64,000 nucleotides of DNA, taken from the NCBI RefSeq assembly GCF_009914755.1, contig NC_060942.1. The stretch is one strand, 5' to 3'. Each line of letters begins with the position of its first letter. Within the stretch, counting starts at the first letter, position 1. The stretch is from the human T2T-CHM13v2.0 reference genome, Homo sapiens. The notes beneath the pieces are model-generated. The model was not told the DNA's origin. It did not search any database and worked only from the letters and a program-made list of their open reading frames with translations. A program made the position numbers and the translations under genes. Shown here in pieces: positions 48,001 through 61,134 of this stretch.

Positions 48001-50749
48001 AACGAACAAACAAAAAAGAAAACTCATAAATTTATCAACCAGAGATAAACACTGAAGCTATCTCTCCATTTATTCTATTTTTATATGAAACTCTATCTAT
48101 ATATTGGACCCATTTTTCCATTGTTCACCATCATTCTATGGCTGCATAGCATCTCATGTTTTACCATTTATTAACCAATCCCTTATTGTTGCCCATATGC
48201 TTTGTTTCTCGTTTTCCACCAGTATTACAGGCAGTGATTTGGTTGAAAAATAAACTTCTGTGCTATTGTGCCTTTGAGTTTGTAAAGAAAATGAAGGACT
48301 GACTGAAAACAATTTCACAACATTAAAAAAGGAACTCCCTTAGTTTTCTTTGGATTGCACAAAACAAAAATTTCAGCAGTTTGTCAAAGAGCTCTGGGGG
48401 AGCAAGTAACATGAGGTTTTCATTCTGGCCCAAAAGCTTGGAGTATTGTCGTAAGTAATTTATGCTATTACAAAAATAGGTTGAATAATAGTTTCATTAT
48501 ATTATTTAATAGCATGTATTGCATGACTCTCATGATTAGTATACATAGTACTGATGTGAATGATACTCATGAATATTTTAGAAACTTGTTATAAAACCTT
48601 TATTGACTGTCTTTATGTTCATCAACATCTAAATTATTTTAGATTCAGACCTGAAAGGATGCACACCAAAAAGAGACTAACACTTACTGAGCACTCACTG
48701 TGTACCAGGCACATAGGTGGCAGTTGGTTAACCAGAGGAATTACTGTGTGCCTACATTTGACTCTGTTAATAAGAACTGTTGAATCAAGCTTCTAATAGT
48801 ATCTACTTAGAAATAGCATTCTCCTCTCTTTTAAATAATTAAATGATTGTCACAATGAAATGAAGGCAAGCAAAGCCATCACTATTTTATGTGAGAAGAA
48901 ACAAAACATTAATCATTTAACTCTCTCTAGATAGAATAAAAGCATTCTGACAAACATATTAAACCCTTGAGCTCCAGAATAATAGCAAAAGCAAGATAAC
49001 AATTGCCAAAACTGGGGGGAACAAACATAAAACAGAGTTTTTCCAAATATTTTCCTCTTTAAATATTTTCCCTAATCATTTGAGAGGTTTTCTTCTCTAA
49101 ATATTTCTAAATGAATGTATTTTAATGTGGATTCATAAGTTTGCATTAAACAAATTCACAACATACACTAGTAATTTCCCAATGCTAATAAGGGCGTATT
49201 TGATGACTGTGACCCAAAACATTGAGTGATAATGAAATACTTCATTTTTGACTTATGTTTGTGTTTCAGAGTGGCATGCCAAAATTCTGTTTCTAGGAAG
49301 AAATCAAAAGCAATGTCTCTAAAATCATGCTTTACCAGGAAGAATGACTTAAAAATAATAATCAGGCATTTTCTAACTTTTCCAGTCTGTGCAACTGTCA
49401 TGCTTTGCTGTGGGGAAACTGCTAGTTCTAACAGAAGCATAATCAAGAAGTTCTCAACAGTGTCTTTACAGTTTGAAATGTCTCCAAAGCTGATTATATA
49501 CATGTGAACATGCCTAATATATTTTCACGGTCCCAGAAGGCAAGCCTTATAGCTTTACAAATAAATGTATGTATAAAGTGGAAATCTTCATTTTTAGTTT
49601 GTTAAAAACCATGATAATTATTTTAACTAAAATAATGCAGCATTGTAAAATTACCCTATTGAATGTCTTGATTTTTTAACCTGTTTCCCTGGTAGTAAAT
49701 GAGGATGATTGAAAATCCAAATTGTTATGCATCTGGGTGCTACTCAGGCTTACAGAGCAAGAAGCTTGATGAAGATGATTTAAACACAAAGAGAATTCTG
49801 GAAAGCAAATGAAATGGACTAATTTCTAAATTGATGAAAATGTAGTGTTTGATTTTATTTTTCCGGTCTGGGTAAAGGTAGTTTTGATTTAAAGAGAATG
49901 GCCAGTAGCCCTATTCAGAGTTTAGAACCTTCTGGCTGGACAAGATGACTTTTATACCCAGGGCACTGCTGCACATGCTGCCTTCAATAGATTTTGAAGG
50001 TGGGAGTGAGAAAATGATAAAGACATAATCTGAAATAGCATAGACTGGGGACGTGATTGAAAATCTAATTTGTTACACATCTGGTTGCCACTGGAGGCTT
50101 AGAGAGCAAGGAGCTTGACAAAGCTGATCACTGCTGGTTCTTAATGTCCCCTGGCAAAAGCATCTTCCGAGGGATGCTTCGCTTTCTCCTGTTTTCTTTG
50201 TCCTGCTTTCAAAAGTGCCTCTAGGTTTCCCTGAGCAGTCTAGAGGCAGGATAGTTCCAGAATTGCCTAGTCCATTAGATCCACAGTCTCCTCATGGACT
50301 CGATTCTTTCCATCCTGCCAATGTGTTTGCTTGACCTACAGCAGGTTCCTGGTGGCGAAGACAGCTGCCAAACTTCCAGCAGGGCTGCCTGCAATGGCTG
50401 TGTCCAGAGACAGAGGAGGGGCTATCCTCTCAGTATCTCTTTCTTTAGGACAAGGACACGTTTTCAAGAAGCCTCCCATAGACATACACTCACATCCCAT
50501 TGGTGCCTACTAATTAGATTCTATATTTGAGCTGGAAACTGACTTTTTCCAAAGAGGAGGTTACTCCTTGAGTAAACAGGAGTTCTAATAGGTGAATTGC
50601 CGGGCAATCCAGAGAGACCATTACAGGAGAGTCACAGGGTGAAAGGCTGCTACTCTTAGAAGTGAGGTAGACAAAGCCTGTTTGACCAAAAGATACACTT
50701 TTCATACCAGATTTCTCTGACTTCTTCAATCTGGAGTCGGGAGAAGAAC

Positions 50750-50910
50750 TTAAAAAACTACCCTTGACTACTGGATCCCTTTCTGCAGAGATTCTGATTC
50801 CATTTATCTGGGGCATGGCTGGAGCATCAGTGTTTTTGTTTTGTTTTGTTTTGTTTTTTTAGCAACTCCCATGTGATCAAATCATAGGTGAAGATTCAGA
50901 ATGACCAGTG
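50750..50910. mobile_element. MER5-like hAT-Charlie fragment with internal (GTTTT)n
   Basis: cagagattctgattc..tctgggg..agcaactccccatgtgatc. Confidence 0.55.
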
Positions 50911-53900
50911 AGGGCACAACCCCTTGCTATAGAATAAGAGGTGGCAGAAATGAAGATTGCTTCTTGCTGTTCAGAAAGTTGCTTGAGACATGGAAAATGA
51001 AAAAGCAGGGAGATGGCGAGGGTTTGGTGAAGAGTACAAATGAGCACAGGGTGGATCCTCCCTGTGTTCTGAAGGCACAGAATCGGGAAACTTTATAATA
51101 AGCTAAAAGGGATGTGAGTCAAGGAAGGGCAGAGTCAGGGGACTGCCACAGTTCAGAGCTGCAAACATTTCAGGGCAGCCACTGGCTCAGGCTGAGATGT
51201 TTAAGTATCCTGTAACAATTAAAGAAGTCAAGGGAAGAGACCAAGAGAGGGACAGTTACTTGGAGAGATGCATTTTGTAAATGTGGACAGCCCTACTTAC
51301 AAGAGGCATGGAAGCTCCGATCTAGACACAGGTTCACAATCAGCCCAGTCTGCATCTGCAATGACATTGCATCTGCATCTGCATTGCACATCAGTCCATC
51401 TGCAATGACAACACAGGGCTTAGAGGCAGAGTGAAACACATATGCCTTCAATACATTCAGTGGGCACTAAAGGGAGAAATGAGTTCCAGGAGCGCCAGCA
51501 GAGCACATAGCTAAATTCTACAGGAACTTAGAAAGGTTCCAGGTGCCAGCTCCAGGAACAATACACCTTAGGAAGGGAGACAGCTCCATTGCATTGACGT
51601 CCAGAGTTGGGGATTCTGGGCATCTGACATTCTTATACAGGTGCACAGAAAACTGTTTTCTTTTCACTCTTCTTCTTTCTCATGAATTCTAAGTCTACAC
51701 TGATTTAAGGTTGATGGCAGTTACCTTGTGGTAAGATAGTTATGGGCACAAAAATTGGAGGACAAGAGTAGGAGGTGAGGGGAACCCCTTTATAAACTGC
51801 TGTGCTATCTGGAAAGCTCCTGTCCTTATATTTCAAGCCTATGAGGCTGATGTCGCTTTAGAATTTGGGAGGGTAGTGAACAGATTATACTGAGGACTGG
51901 CTTAATCTAACTTTGGGATGAAGGCACTTGTTCCTGTGAAAGGCATCTTAGGCAGATACTTCCAGGGAAGATGCCAAAAAGAGGCTTGAATGAAATGATG
52001 ACAAAATGAGATTAATATAGACTAATAATAAAAATTAGCATTTAAAAACTTAATTTTACTTTAAGATATTCTGGATACCAATCTCTGTTTTTAAGAATTT
52101 TAATTAGCAGACTCTGTTTTCCTGTGGCAACAGTGGGAGGGATTTTTGTTATTGGGATTTTAATGGCTCTGTGAATATTTAATTACTCTGGGAGAACTGA
52201 ATAATGGGAGGGGCCTTTGTGGTGATTTAGTTAAATGTAGCTGGGCATAACTTCAAAGGGGAGTGGCATGGAGGAAGTGGCCTGGAATGACCCTAAATAA
52301 CAACACCTGTGCTTGGCCTCATTGGCCCTGGCTGGCTCCCAGAGAGTGCTGGGCTGGATGAGGAACCAGCAGTTAGGAGGCAGGGTCAGGCCTTCCCTGG
52401 ACATCAGCATTTCCTACCCTAAAGGGAACACCCACAAGGGAGGTAAACATAGGCTTGGCTAATAAGTTCACTGGTTGACAGAATTCAAGAGGACAATGGG
52501 CCTTTAGGGGAAGGCATGTTCTCAAACTCTTCTCCCCAAGAGACAGAATACTCATTAGATAGCACTGGTCTCACAGTGCTAGGGCAATAATAGTCCTATG
52601 GTAAGGGTCTTACAAGGACACACAGGTGACATCCCAGGGCTCTCCTCTTTTGTTCTCTTTCTTGGGCCTGTATAGAGCCAGCTGCTCCCTGTGGCTTTTG
52701 CACTTTGCATTTGTATATTCTCAGGGCTTTTTACCTAGAGGTGTGTTTGTAGGTGGAGGTAGGGAGATTCTCTTAAAGCTTGGGTTTAAGCCCCGTGCTT
52801 TAGTCCAACCACCAGAGTTCTCGGAAGTGAGGTTTCAGTTACAAGGTTGGTTAATAATAAAATGCCACTTAATTTCCCCATTTTCCATTGTCTCCTGATT
52901 CCTAGATCTCCCTGGGAAACCTCCTGCAAAGGACAGGGCCAAGACGGATTGGGCACTTCTTGGTCTTCTTGTCAAATACCATATAGTACCCCCTCACCCT
53001 GCCTCATGTTTTCTACATTGCACCCAGTGCCATGGTATTTCTGAATGTGTGTGCGTGGGACCTAGCATTTCCTATACTGCCCCTATTTCCCAGACTGCGG
53101 GTCCCCTCCTGGTTTCTCATGCTTCTCATTCCAGGCTGAAACTCATGTTCAATTTTCACCACAGTTTAATGAACATTTCATAACCACCTCCACCCTTGTT
53201 TATCTTCTGCCACATTTGTCTTACTCATCCAATCGCACACTTATGCCAGGGGAAAGTGGGGAGGGAGTCCTGCTGGGCTGCAGGAGGTCTGTATTATTCA
53301 GCAACTGCATAACAAACAGCTCAATGCAGTGGCTTCAACAACAGCTGCTTGTCTCTCTCACTCACGACACAATGTCTCTTGTTCCTTTCCTTGATTGCAC
53401 TAAGTTTTTCTGGGAATATCTAAGTCTTGACTGAGTTGTTCACACGTTTGCACTTTCCAGCCTCAGATGGTCAGCTCAATCCTCTTTTGGAAGTATTCAT
53501 GTTCTGCCTAGTTGACAGTCTTCAGCACTCCAGCACCATCACACTCTCCCTCAAATGCCATGCTCTTTGCCTGATATTAGGAAACTTTGAAATATTTAAT
53601 TCTATCAAATAACTTGGAAGCAATTTTACTTGAAGTTTATAACAACATATTATAACAAATGCAATCTAATTTAGCATCCACAGTCAGATGTTCCATAAAA
53701 AAGGAAAGATATCAACTAAGAACAATTAGTTATTTTGGAGGAGTCTGTGCTTTGCTTCTTCTATTGTTTTCTTATCTTCCCATGCTTGCCAATGGGCAAG
53801 TTGCAGCTGGTACCCATGGCTTCACTTATTGGAGAAACTTGGAGTTGCAAAAGTTATAAATAACAACTGGATGTTTTTCTGTAAATGGAGAAGAGACCAC

Positions 53901-54324
53901 CCATTTTCAGTTTTAGCAGAGGCAGCTTTGATGCATCTCATGGAACACTAATGTCCTACAAGTGCATCAAAACTTCTCCTGCACAATCCCCATAAAGCTG
54001 CTCCATACTTGTCTCCTACTCACCAAACTCCTCAACTCACACACATTCTTTCATTATCAACCTCACCTTATCAATGAGAAAATAAAGGTCAGGTTTGATT
54101 CCTTTCAATTCTCATTTCCTTCACCCAAATTTCTATGTTTATTTACTTTTATTATAAAACTAATATGTGAATACATATTTGTAAAGATTTCACAAAATAA
54201 GTAAGAACATAGTAAAATATGTTCCCCCCACTGGGAGAGAATATCTTTTCCCCCTTCTTCCTCAGTAATTGAATCCCCAAATTTATGTTAGTCATGTAGC
54301 CACTCAGAGACTTTTTCCCCAAGC

Positions 54325-54690
54325 TTTCCTTATAGCTGGTGACTAAATTCTGGCCAGGGGATTTAAATGGAAGTGGTGTGTGCAACCCCTAGGAAGTTAT
54401 CAGAATGGGAGGGGAGATGTCTTTCCCTCCCTATTTCTCCTTTCTGTTGTCTAGCATGTATATGTGGTGACTGGAATTGAAGTAGTCATTCTGGACCACA
54501 AGGTAAAATTGAGAATGGAGATTTCACATGCTGAGCAACAAGATTAAAAGACTATGAGTTCCCTTACCATTGAGTTTACCACAACAGATTCAAACAGTCT
54601 ATCTGTAATTTTATGTAAGAGAAAAAATAAATTTTTATGTCATGTAAGCTACAGTTTTTGATTATTGTTATTATTTTTTGCATCTGAATG
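54325..54690 (+). mobile_element. Old MLT1 (I/J-like) LTR
   Basis: gtgactaaattctggcca..gtcattctggaccacaag..gtaagagaaaaaataaattttt. Confidence 0.6.
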
Positions 54691-55268
54691 ACATTTCACC
54701 TATTCTCCCTTATTCAATCTTGAACTTCACCTTTGGTCCTCTTCTCAGAAGGAAACTGTCAACAGTTTGATGTGTACCTTCTTAGTCCTTTCTATGAATT
54801 TTACTCATATATGTACATACACCCACATATAAATATCTGTGGGTTGGGTATACTTTTATTCTAAAATAGATCAAGGTATTTTCCTTCTTCCTCTAATTTA
54901 TGGAGAATGAATTTCTCTTCTTATTTCTAAGGATAAGTCTTCCACTTGTCTGTGCCCACTTTCTTTTGCATCCCTCTGCTTTACCTGTGACAATGGTACA
55001 TTATCTTGGTTGGCTGCTCTTTGAACCACTTATGCACATTAGAAAAATATACTTCTGGTCTCTGCCATGCTACTTTCAAAGTTACATTTACATATAACTT
55101 AGAATCAAATTACATGGATTAGGAAACTCCTTGGCTTGCTTTCCCCAAGCTTTTTCTTCAAATAGTGCCCTGAGAAAATAGAGTTTTCAATATGATCCCC
55201 AACTCTTTAACTCATTCAAGAAATATAAATTTTTCTTGTCAAAATTCTCTTCTAAAATAAAGAGATCA

Positions 55269-56910
55269 GAAGATTCTGGGAAAATGGCAGGATAGGAAGC
55301 TCCAGGAATCTCTCTCCCAACTTAGACAACAATTACACTGGCAGAATCTGTCTGATGTAACTATTTTGGAACTCTTGAGTTTCTTGAAGGCTTGTAATTT
55401 GCGGGAGAAGGCTTGGAACACAAACTCTAGCTGATTTCAGTCAATTGTATCCTTTAGCACAGTAACAGCTATACATACCCCACCCTCAGCCCCATGGCAG
55501 GCAGCTGTGCATTTTTTTCCTGGAACAGCTTACATACATCTTGAGGGAGCCAAGGTGGGAAAAAAGAATGCTGTCATCTAAATATAAGGGATCTGTGCTC
55601 TGATCACTGATTGCTACATGTGATCACAAAGGTACAGTGATGTAGTGGCCATGTTGTTCTACTTTCCTTCATTGATGCAAGTCCCCCTTTCTCTGGCTGA
55701 AGTAATTTCCAGGGGATCTAAAGAGTTGACATCCTTTTTATCTCAGTCCTCCTTAATTTTTCCACTTTTTTTCCTTTTCAGAGACAAGCATTAAAGACTA
55801 GGACATTCAAAAACACTTTCAAATATGGGGAAAATTAGAAAGTGACTGTGCATGTCCAGGGAAAGGCATAGGCTGAAAAAAGACTTGAGAAGACCTAAGT
55901 TTACACCCCAGGATTATCCTTGGCACAGGGCCAGTTCATAATAATCAAAAAATCAAAAACAAAAAAAACCAATAACAACACTAGCAAATTGTGAGAGAGA
56001 GGAAAAATCTGATTTCCAGAGTTACCATATTACTAGATTCAAATGTCCAATTTTAACCAAAAAAAAAAAAAAAAATCACAAGGATACAAATAAATAAGAA
56101 TGTATGTCCCTATCAAAGAAGAAAAAAATGAATCAACAGAAACTATTCCTGAAAAAGAGTTGGTGGCAGATATACTAAATACATACTTGAAAAGAATTTC
56201 CTTAGAGAAAGGATGATATGAAGAAATTAAGAAAACGATATATGAACAAATGGAAATATCAATAAAGAGACAGCAAACCTACAGAGAAACCAAAAGGAAA
56301 TTCTGGAGCTGAAAAGTACAATTACTGAAATAAAACATTCCCTAGAGGGATTCAAAGGCGAGTTTGAGCAGGCCGAAAAAACAATTGGCAAACTTGAAGA
56401 TAGGACTGCTGAAATTATTGAGTCTGAAGAACATTAAAAAGAAAAAGGAACAGAACCTAAGAGACTTGTGAGATGCCATCAAGTGGAACAAATCTGCACT
56501 GTGGGAGTCTCAGAAGGGGAAGAGAGAAGGGAAGGAGTAAAGAGAATATTTGAAGAAATAAGAGTAGAAATCTGCCAAATTTGATGAAAGACATAAATAT
56601 GAACATCCAAGAAGCTCAACAAACTCCAAGTAAGATGAACTCAAAGAAACCCACACCAAGATATATTATAATTAAACTTTTGAATGCCAAAGACAGAGAG
56701 TCTTGAAAGCAGCAAGTGAGAAGCAACTAATTAAATATCAGGGATTCTCAGTAAGATTATTAGCAGATTTCTCATCAGAAACTTTGGAGACCACAAGACA
56801 GTGGGCCTAAATGGTGCTAAAAGAAAAATATACTGTAAACGAAGAATCCTGTTATATCTGCTAAAACTGTACCTCAAAAGTGAGGGAGAAATTGACATTC
56901 CTAGATAAAC
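55269..56910 (+). mobile_element. Old L1M 5'UTR plus degenerate ORF1
   Basis: gggaaaatggcaggataggaagc start; ORF1 remnants ggaaattctggagctgaaaagtacaat, caagaagctcaacaaactccaag, gcagatttctcatcagaaac. Confidence 0.8.
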
Positions 56911-56914
56911 AACG

Positions 56915-57130
56915 GTGGGAGGCAGTCTTGTGGGACTCAGCCCTCAACCTGTAAGTTCTCTGGGCTAACTCTTGCTAGTGTCAGAACCATACTGAATTGT
57001 GGGACACCCAGCTGGTATTGAAGAAGTTGTCTGTGTGGGGAATCTCCCTGACTCCCATTGACATCTGGTCTCTGAGGTGAAGTATTGCAGTATTGGTGAT
57101 AGCATAGATAGAAAAAAAATTTTTTCCCCA
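56915..57130 (+). mobile_element. MER21-like LTR fragment
   Basis: ggcagtcttgtgggactcagccctcaacctgt..tagtgtcagaa..gaattgtgggacacccagctgg. Confidence 0.7.
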
Positions 57131-57611
57131 AATATATATTTCCTGAAACTATGGGCTCAAAATAGAGTACATTTTTTTTTTTCCAGCACATAAGGCTCTT
57201 TTGGGTGAGTGATAGTGTATGAAATTGTTCCAGAGTCACTTTATCGGTGTTACTGTTCCTGCCTCTGGGGAAAGTTGATTAGGAATGGGGTGGGCTGAGG
57301 TGTTCAGGAGCTGATGCCTAGAAACACCCATGGGGCAGTGGTGATTATCAAGGGCAGGTAGAGGACTCTCCATGGGAAGGGGCAAGCAGACAAGAGAAGG
57401 GGAAGCTAACAGGCAGCCTGTTTTTATTGGGGGCAGGTGGGTTTGAACAAAAGGCAGTACAACATATGCTGGAATGGGATTAGGCATGTTCAAGAACTGG
57501 TGCTTAATAAATAGATCAGGAAAGGCTGGGGCCCGGAGAGACAGGCCACAAAGCAGGAGGCAAAGCTGAGCCTTAGGCTGGGGTAGAGATGATCGACATG
57601 CTGTTTCTCCA

Positions 57612-57735
57612 GTCATTGATTCAGAAATATTGATTGAGTGCCTATTAGATATCAAGCAGGATTTAGAGGCATTGGGGCTACATCAGGGAACAAAATACAA
57701 AGTCTCTGGCTTTGTGCCACCATAGTCTAAGAATT
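57612..57735 (-). mobile_element. L2 3' end
   Basis: tcattgattcagaaatattgattgagtgcctatt..ggcattggggctacatcagggaacaaa. Confidence 0.6.
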
Positions 57736-57768
57736 GAAACAGGTGAAAAGTGAGGTAAGTAAAAGCAC

Positions 57769-58250
57769 TGTAATCGTCCAATGAGTTCATCTTGCCTGCT
57801 GCCCAGAAAAGCCAATGCACTGAGAAGAGCAGGCTTTTGCAGCAAAGAAAGAGTTTCATAATTGCAGCGCCGGCCAAGCCAAAGGACAAGAGCTAATTCT
57901 CAAATGTCTCCTTGAAAGCTCACAGGTTAGGGTTTTTCAAGGATAGTTTGGTGGGCAGGGGGCTAGGGAATGGGGAATGCTAATTGGTTGGATCGGGGAT
58001 GAAATCACAGGGGGTCAAAAGCTGTCTTCTTGCATTGAGTCAGTTCCTGGGTGGGGGTCACAGGACCAGTTGAATTATTAGTTCCTTGGTATGCGACATG
58101 AGTCATGAGACTAGGCAGAGTCAGTCAGTCACCAGAATGCAAAAGTCTGAAAAATACCACAAAGGCCAATCTTAGGTTTTGACACTGTAATGTTATCTAT
58201 GGACGCGATTGGGGAAGTTACAAATCTTGTGACCTCCGAGCCATAAACGA
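57769..58250 (-). mobile_element. ERV1 LTR, LTR8A-like, partial
   Basis: tgtaatcgtccaatgagttcatcttgcctgctgcccagaaaagccaatgcactgagaa. Confidence 0.75.
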
Positions 58251-58259
58251 TTTTTTGGC

Positions 58260-59480
58260 GTCTTTTTCAATTCAGAAAGTGTTTTGGACAACCTTTTGTT
58301 TACCTTTTGTAAAGAAATGATTTATCAGAACATCATTTAGAAACTTCTAGGTAATTTTCCCAGTTATTTTATTTTAGATCTGGCTTTTTCTAATTTAGTG
58401 CACAGATAAACCCATTTAGGTATTTCAAAGGTACCCCATTTTGGCCATTGTACTTGGGGGTCATCAATAGTTATGCGAAACCATTTTTCTAAATATTTAT
58501 GAGAAAAGGCAGTGTAAGTATTAAACATAAATCCAGTGTTTCTAAGAGTGGATCTCCTTAAGAAGAAAGACTTGATTTTAGACGTATGATTGCCCATAAT
58601 TTATATTTTTCTTCCTGAATGACCAGAAACCTAGCGGGAAATATTTTGGATTGGGTATGCTTTTTGTGGAACTTGTTCCTCAAGGTGTCACCCTTGAGTC
58701 TTGTCTTCCATCTATGTGTCTGGGTGATCCCAAGGACCCTGGACACTTCACGTACTAGGTGATTAATGCTTACACGTGTCCAGAGATAAGCAAGGTTCCC
58801 TGCATGGTCTTCTTAAGGAATTCCCTGTGAGACCTTTTTACACCACGAATGTTAAGTTCTGACACTCCTGCAAGACTGTAGTCACCTGAGGCACCTTTCA
58901 GCCAAGAGAAGCAGGATTTCTTATCTTCAGGGCTTTTCTTGTCCTCCTGGAGCCTTTTATAATTTCAGTCATTCAAAAAGAAAGTTTAGATTTGTTAATT
59001 GAACCAAACTTCATAATCTGGCCAGCTTAAACATAACAAATGTTTCACTTAAGCCACAAAGATTCACACTGCCTCTTTTCAGAGAGAAATTGTTTTTCTG
59101 CTGATCAAAATTTTGAATGAGAGAAAAGGTTGTGAAAACTCTAACAAATAATTCCAAATAAAACCTTAACCTCAAAGAAATGTGAAAATCACAAATTTGT
59201 GATTAGCAGTCACTAGAAAACAACAAATGAAACTCCTGTCTTGCAGCAGAGCTTCAATCCCAACCCTGTGAAGTTACGAATGTGTGTGGCTTGAATAAAG
59301 CCTAAATCCTCAACCAAGCCTAGGAGGACTCAGACTGAAGGGGGCCTCACCAAAAATCCCCATTAACTCTTGTGACAATGGGTAAATGAAAGTGTCTTAT
59401 GCTACTATCAGGGTTCCAGCCATTGGCAAAGCAATGGGGATCACTGGGGGTGCACTTTGGGTCCCTTTATGGTCACCAGA
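58260..59480 (-). mobile_element. ERV1 (MER4-group-like) internal leader and gag N-terminus remnant
   Basis: ORF 58364-58597 (MGNHTSKIK..YLEKW..QWPKWGTF..L..KLEK) resembles a class-I ERV matrix; PBS at 59461-59478. Confidence 0.7.
59461..59478 (-). promoter_or_regulatory. Retroviral primer-binding site, tRNA-Arg-like
   Basis: Minus strand TGGTGACCATAAAGGGAC, 3 nt after the LTR CA end; 15/18 match to recalled TGGCGACCACGAAGGGAC. Confidence 0.7.
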
Positions 59481-59481
59481 A

Positions 59482-60150
59482 TGCCAACCATAAATAATGA
59501 GATTCAGAAAATCTAAGTAAGTGTAAAGTTTATTTGAGCACAAAGCTTGAGGATGGTCACCTGGGAATGGGGTCAATATGGGGTCACCTGGAAATGGGGT
59601 CAATATTTCCATAGTGAGGTAGTAAAGGTTTCACTTATACAGTAAAGGTTTCACTTATATATAGGCAGAGACAGAGAAGTTACAGCAGCATTACATTTTC
59701 CATACAAGACTGGGAGCACACAACACACAATTTGATTAGTTACGTTATTGAGCAAATGGGCTCACTTCCCAATGCACACAGATGCTGAAGCTATGTGGCA
59801 CTGGCTTTTGAGAAAAGAAAGGCTTTCTTGCCAAACCTGCCAGCAAGGAGACAGTAGCAGGCTCAAATCTGTCTTCCTGATTTTGGGTCTGGGGCAAGTT
59901 TGTGGGCTCAGAGGGCAAGGGAAAGGATTTAGGAATGTTGCCTTGGCAGGATCAGATTGGAGGGCTTCAAATTTGACCATTTATGGGAAGGTATGTGGAG
60001 GTAGATTATAACCCTGGATCATCTGGGCCAACAGACCCCTTGCTTCTGAAACAGTTCTGGCATTTAGAGTCCAATCATGTCCCCATCTTAGTTCTGTGGG
60101 AAGGAATTGTTTGTTCTAGGTGCTCAGGATGATTTAAAGTTCCAGCAGCT
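59482..60150 (-). mobile_element. ERV1 LTR (MER34-like, 59482-59742) interrupted or followed by a second ERV1 LTR (LOR1/LTR29-like)
   Basis: tg terminus next to the PBS with a reverse poly(A) signal (tttatt); second LTR-like start gttattgagcaaatgggctcac..gagaaaagaaaggcttt. Confidence 0.6.
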
Positions 60151-61134
60151 TTTTGGCTATAGCATTCCAACTAGGCCTTGCTGAACTGCAAGCTGTGTGT
60201 CGAGCCAGCTGTGCCCTGGAGCCTGGCCTGTGCTGGCAGAAGGGGGCTTTCCTTCACGTTTACCCTGAAGGAACTTCAGCTACTCTAGTGGCCTTGGTGA
60301 GTCCTTGATCCCCTCAAGAGCTGGAATGGCATACAATTGCTCGGCCCCCAGGCATCCTGACGGCAGGAGGGAAGCTCTGAAGCATGGCACCTCCCCAAAT
60401 TTGGTTCAAGGCCCAGGTGAGCAGGACAGGCCCCTTGATTTGATGAGCGCACCTTGGGGTTTTGTCCTCATTATTAGAGAGGGAGATCAGGGCAAGGCTG
60501 GAAAGACTTTCTGGACATATGTTTAATGGGGATCAAGTTTTTAAAATTTGCATGTTATATATTTAAAATATCATTTTTACCCCAAGCTGGTAAAGTCGGA
60601 AATAATGTTTGAAAACATAACTTGTGTCTAAGGTTTCAACGCTCTTTCTTCTCAGAGATGTGAGAATATCTTTGAGAAGATATTTGGATATTTTGAATGC
60701 TGGATCTAGTAGGTTTCCAATAAAATCTTATAAAATTGACTGAATACTGTGTTTTCCTTAAAAAACATAAAAGATTATTTGGAGATGTTATTAATGTTTT
60801 ACAAATGATGATGTCCTCTCTGAGCTACAAACTATTAAAAACATTGTCTTCTACCATGACTATTCTGTTGTAGAATTATTCCTATCTTATGAAATACACA
60901 TATTACTCTTTAAACTGTGTTTCCAGGCAACATAGATATTTGAATTTTGACTTGATGTAAGTTTAGCTGGCTACATAAAATACAGTGTAGTTCAGATATA
61001 AATTATATTTTCTTAAAATAATGAAAGTATAAATTGGAATTGTCTGGGACACTGGGACTAAACATTAAAATGAGCATATTTTATGTGGTAAGTGGAATTT
61101 AGAGGAAAATCTCTTGATTAAAAAAAGGTACGAC

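Noticed and set aside
52200-52810. Possible ancient LTR or enhancer-like GC-richer stretch
   Set aside because: Could not assign a family or boundaries from sequence alone.
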